NCBI GenBank assembly: GCA_963798085.1
Contig: CAWCRS010000010.1
Span: 1 to 64,000 of the forward strand
Length of the DNA: 64,000 nt
Origin: an uncultured Gemmatimonadales bacterium
GTDB taxonomy: Bacteria; Gemmatimonadota; Gemmatimonadetes; Longimicrobiales; RSA9
Reading direction: 5' to 3'
Position numbers and translations under genes: made by a program. Below are positions 61,464 to 64,000 of the stretch, piece by piece; the stretch's first letter is position 1; every line of letters begins with the position of its first letter. The notes beneath the pieces are model-generated. The model did not search any database. It had not been told where the DNA came from and was given only the letters and a program-made list of their open reading frames with translations.

Positions 61464-61897
61464 AGACCCCTGGGGGTGCACTTCGGGTGGGAACAACGAG
61501 GTGCATACCAGCTTGGCAAGCCACATGCCCGGCCACTGTGCCGCGTGGTCGGCTTCCTGCTCGTTCCCGGGCCAGGCTGTGTTCTAGCCATGCAAGGTAT
61601 TACGCCCCAAATGAATACGGGTTTCAGACGACGGCCTTTCCTCGTCTTTGCCGGCGCTTCTCCGCCCGGACCAGCCCACCGCCGGCCGTAGTCCCCGGGC
61701 ACCGGAAGTGTTGGCCCGGCGCAACCGTCAACCCACTGCTCGCCTTCGCGATGCGGTGATGCTGTCCCTCGGTATCGGCAGGTCGCGCACCAGCCTGCAG
61801 GCGAAGCGCAGGCAGAGGTGGCGGTTCCGGGCGGGCGCGGGCGGGGTCGGACGAGCACGGAGACGGCCGACCGGCATCATCACACGCCCCAGCGACG

Positions 61898-62596
61898 CTA
61901 CAGGGCGAGCATTTGCCTTCCCACGAGGTATTTCGAGTTGCGGTCCTGGCGGTAAGGCAGGCCGGCGGTCACCGAGCGCGCGGCCATGTCGTGTTCGGCG
62001 GCGTACTTGACCTCGACGATGGCCACACCGGGCACGACCGAGCGCGAGAGCAACGAGGTCCAGCCGGAGCGTACGCGATAGAACTCGATGTCCGTGTCGA
62101 CGGTGATGCGGAAGCGGCCGCAGGCGGAGAGGTAGTAGCGGCGGCGGTAATGGTTGAGCAGTGTCGGTGCGAACAGCCGGATTATCGCGGTCGCCTCTTC
62201 TGCATCGGCCGAGCGGGCCAGCCAGGCGCGCGTGCGATCCGGCTCGAGCAGCTCGTCGAAGCAGGCATCGGCCAGGGCATGGCGCGCTTTCCGGCCCAGC
62301 GTATTGGTCTTCACCTTCAACTCGAGCCAGGGCTGGCTCACGGGGTCCTGCAGCGGACCGTACCAGCGCAGGCGCACTTTCGTGCGGTCGCCCATGCCGG
62401 CCTCGCTCTCGGCGTACAGGCGATGGTCCGGCGTGTCGAAGTAGAGGCTGTTGACCCAGCGCTCGTAGTAGACCTCGGAGAAGAGCGCCGGGTGCAGCCG
62501 CAGCACCAGGGCGATGGCCTGCTGGTTCGCGCCCGGCCCGCTGACCACGAACTTGCGCTCGTAGCGCAGGCTCTCCGGATTCTCTTCGCGGATCAT
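61898..62596 (-). CDS. VTC (polyphosphate polymerase-like, CYTH fold) domain protein
   Basis: RYERKF, VNSLYFDT, KVRLRWY, LELK, YRRRYY, RITVD, IVEVKY, SKY. Confidence 0.9.
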   Translation of the reverse strand: MIREENPESLRYERKFVVSGPGANQQAIALVLRLHPALFSEVYYERWVNSLYFDTPDHRLYAESEAGMGDRTKVRLRWYGPLQDPVSQPWLELKVKTNTLGRKARHALADACFDELLEPDRTRAWLARSADAEEATAIIRLFAPTLLNHYRRRYYLSACGRFRITVDTDIEFYRVRSGWTSLLSRSVVPGVAIVEVKYAAEHDMAARSVTAGLPYRQDRNSKYLVGRQMLAL

Positions 62597-64000
62597 GAGC
62601 CGGGATCGACGCGCTTCAGCACATCCGTGGATGCAGTGCCCACGGGTGTGCCGCTCACCATGATCTCGGACTCGCGATCGCGCAGGTACAGCGTCTGGAT
62701 GTTGCGCAGGATCGCGCGCACGGACTGCAGGTGGCCACCGCCGAACTCGGGCTTCTTGCGGTACGCGGCGAAACCATACCGTGAGTCCGTGACGGTGACG
62801 TTCTCCAGCGTCGCCACGGACAGGTCCTTGGCGGCCACACCCACATTGACGTGATGGAACTCGGAACGCGCGATCATGGCGCGCGAGTTCTCGCCCACAC
62901 TGACGCCCTTGTCACCGGCACTGTCCACGCGCACGCCGGTAACGTGCACCACGGTGCCCGACACGTCAATGGCGTCATTGCCGATGTGCATGAAGTGCGT
63001 GTCCGTGACCGTGCCCTCGCCGAAGTCGACGTCGAAGGCGTCACTCGTGGTGCGTGCGAACGTGGAGCGCTCGATGTGGAACGGGCTGCGCACGGCATTG
63101 AGCGCGTCTTCCGAGCGATTGCCTTCGAAGGTGCTGGCGTGGACCTCCAGCGGCGACTGATAGAACGTGACCGCGCCCGAGAGCGTCCAGCCCTGCTCGG
63201 ATGGATTGCTCAGGTTGCGGAAGACGACGTGCTCGAGCAGCGAGCGGTCGCCTGCATTGAGCACCACGACACCCCGGCCGCTGGAGTCGGGCGCGTCAAT
63301 CAGCACGGGATCGTTTTCCTCGCCCGTGAAATCGAGCGGCGACCAGGAGATGATGCTGGCGCCATGCGTGAGATGCAGGTGTACGCCGGGTCCGGCATGA
63401 ATGCGGTAGCCGGCGGGAAAGATCAGGTCCTCGTGCAGCGTCCAGTTGCCCGGCTCGAGCGCCATGACGTGCTGCTTCTCATCCACGTGCACGAACGGGA
63501 AGCTGGCCGCATTCGGCGGAGCGCGCGGCGGATCCATTACCATGGCCGCGGCGCCCGTGGGTCGTGGCTCGGTGAATACGCTGTCCTCCAGCTCCGCGTG
63601 CGTGCCCACGACCACAGTGGCAACGTGGATGCTCTGCGCGACCGTGTCCGACCAGTGCACGCCGGCGGGCAGTGGCACGCGCAGACGGACGTACTGCACC
63701 AGTGACGAATCGGAGCGACCACTGAGCGGCAGCGGGTGATCCAGGCTGACAGTCTGTTGGGCAATGCGCACACCGGTCACCTGGACGGGCAGCGCCTGGA
63801 TGTTGCCCACATCGAGAATGCACCGTGTCGCCGTGCTCGCCCGTCACGTATGCGTGCACACGCTTCACCGGGAACAGCATGCGGTGGAGGTAGTCTGCGT
63901 TGTTGAGCAGCACGCTGCGGCTGAAGTCGACTTCCGGGTTGCTGCGCCGGATTATTTCCAGGCGCCGATCAATGTCGGGAGCGAGCGAGTCCAGCAGGCT
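62593..64000 (-). CDS. C-terminal part of a large protein with right-handed beta-helix repeats; runs off the window; frameshift near 63815
   Basis: SEDALN, SDAFDVDF, GNDAIDVSG, GDKGVSVGE, AAKDLS, YRKKPEFG; ATGA overlap with the VTC gene. N-terminal domain not visible. Confidence 0.75.

Noticed and set aside
1..64000. tRNA, rRNA, integrase or phage genes
   Set aside because: None recognised by eye; tRNAscan/Infernal were not run.

Overview
High-GC bacterial chromosomal window; gene content (several 6-bladed beta-propellers, a GWxTD-like protein, S46/M14 peptidases) suggests Gemmatimonadota (inference). Layout: (1) 1-9.3 kb, minus-strand surface-glycan modification operon (LPG-synthase-like TM protein, FemAB-like, polysaccharide deacetylase, bi-domain oxidoreductase, alpha/alpha-barrel protein, AsnB-like); (2) a lytic transglycosylase whose 3' end is duplicated at the edge of (3) a visibly lower-GC, IS-riddled island (~10.7-24.6 kb) encoding a co-oriented AraC-like regulator, a small secreted Cys-rich peptide, several beta-propeller (lipo)proteins and a TPR/GWxTD-like protein, with two IS3 copies, IS630, IS21 and ISAzo13 remnants and an RHH/PIN toxin-antitoxin pair; (4) 24.6-64 kb, mostly housekeeping genes (peptidases, MFS, TrmJ-like, P-type ATPase, DASS, pncB, HAD, TonB receptor with a two-component system, cysteine desulfurase-like, PPIase, glgX, malQ, CDF, transaldolase, VTC protein). 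Best novel candidates: two paralogous ~93-nt non-coding units at 46.5-47.05 kb, each with a sigma54-type promoter, a conserved purine-loop hairpin and an intrinsic terminator; and the peptide/beta-propeller island. Many single-base frameshifts and a recurrent apparent CATCG->CATTG substitution point to an unpolished long-read assembly with a probable methylation artefact, so frameshift-only pseudogene calls are unreliable. All family calls are from motif recognition; no searches were run.
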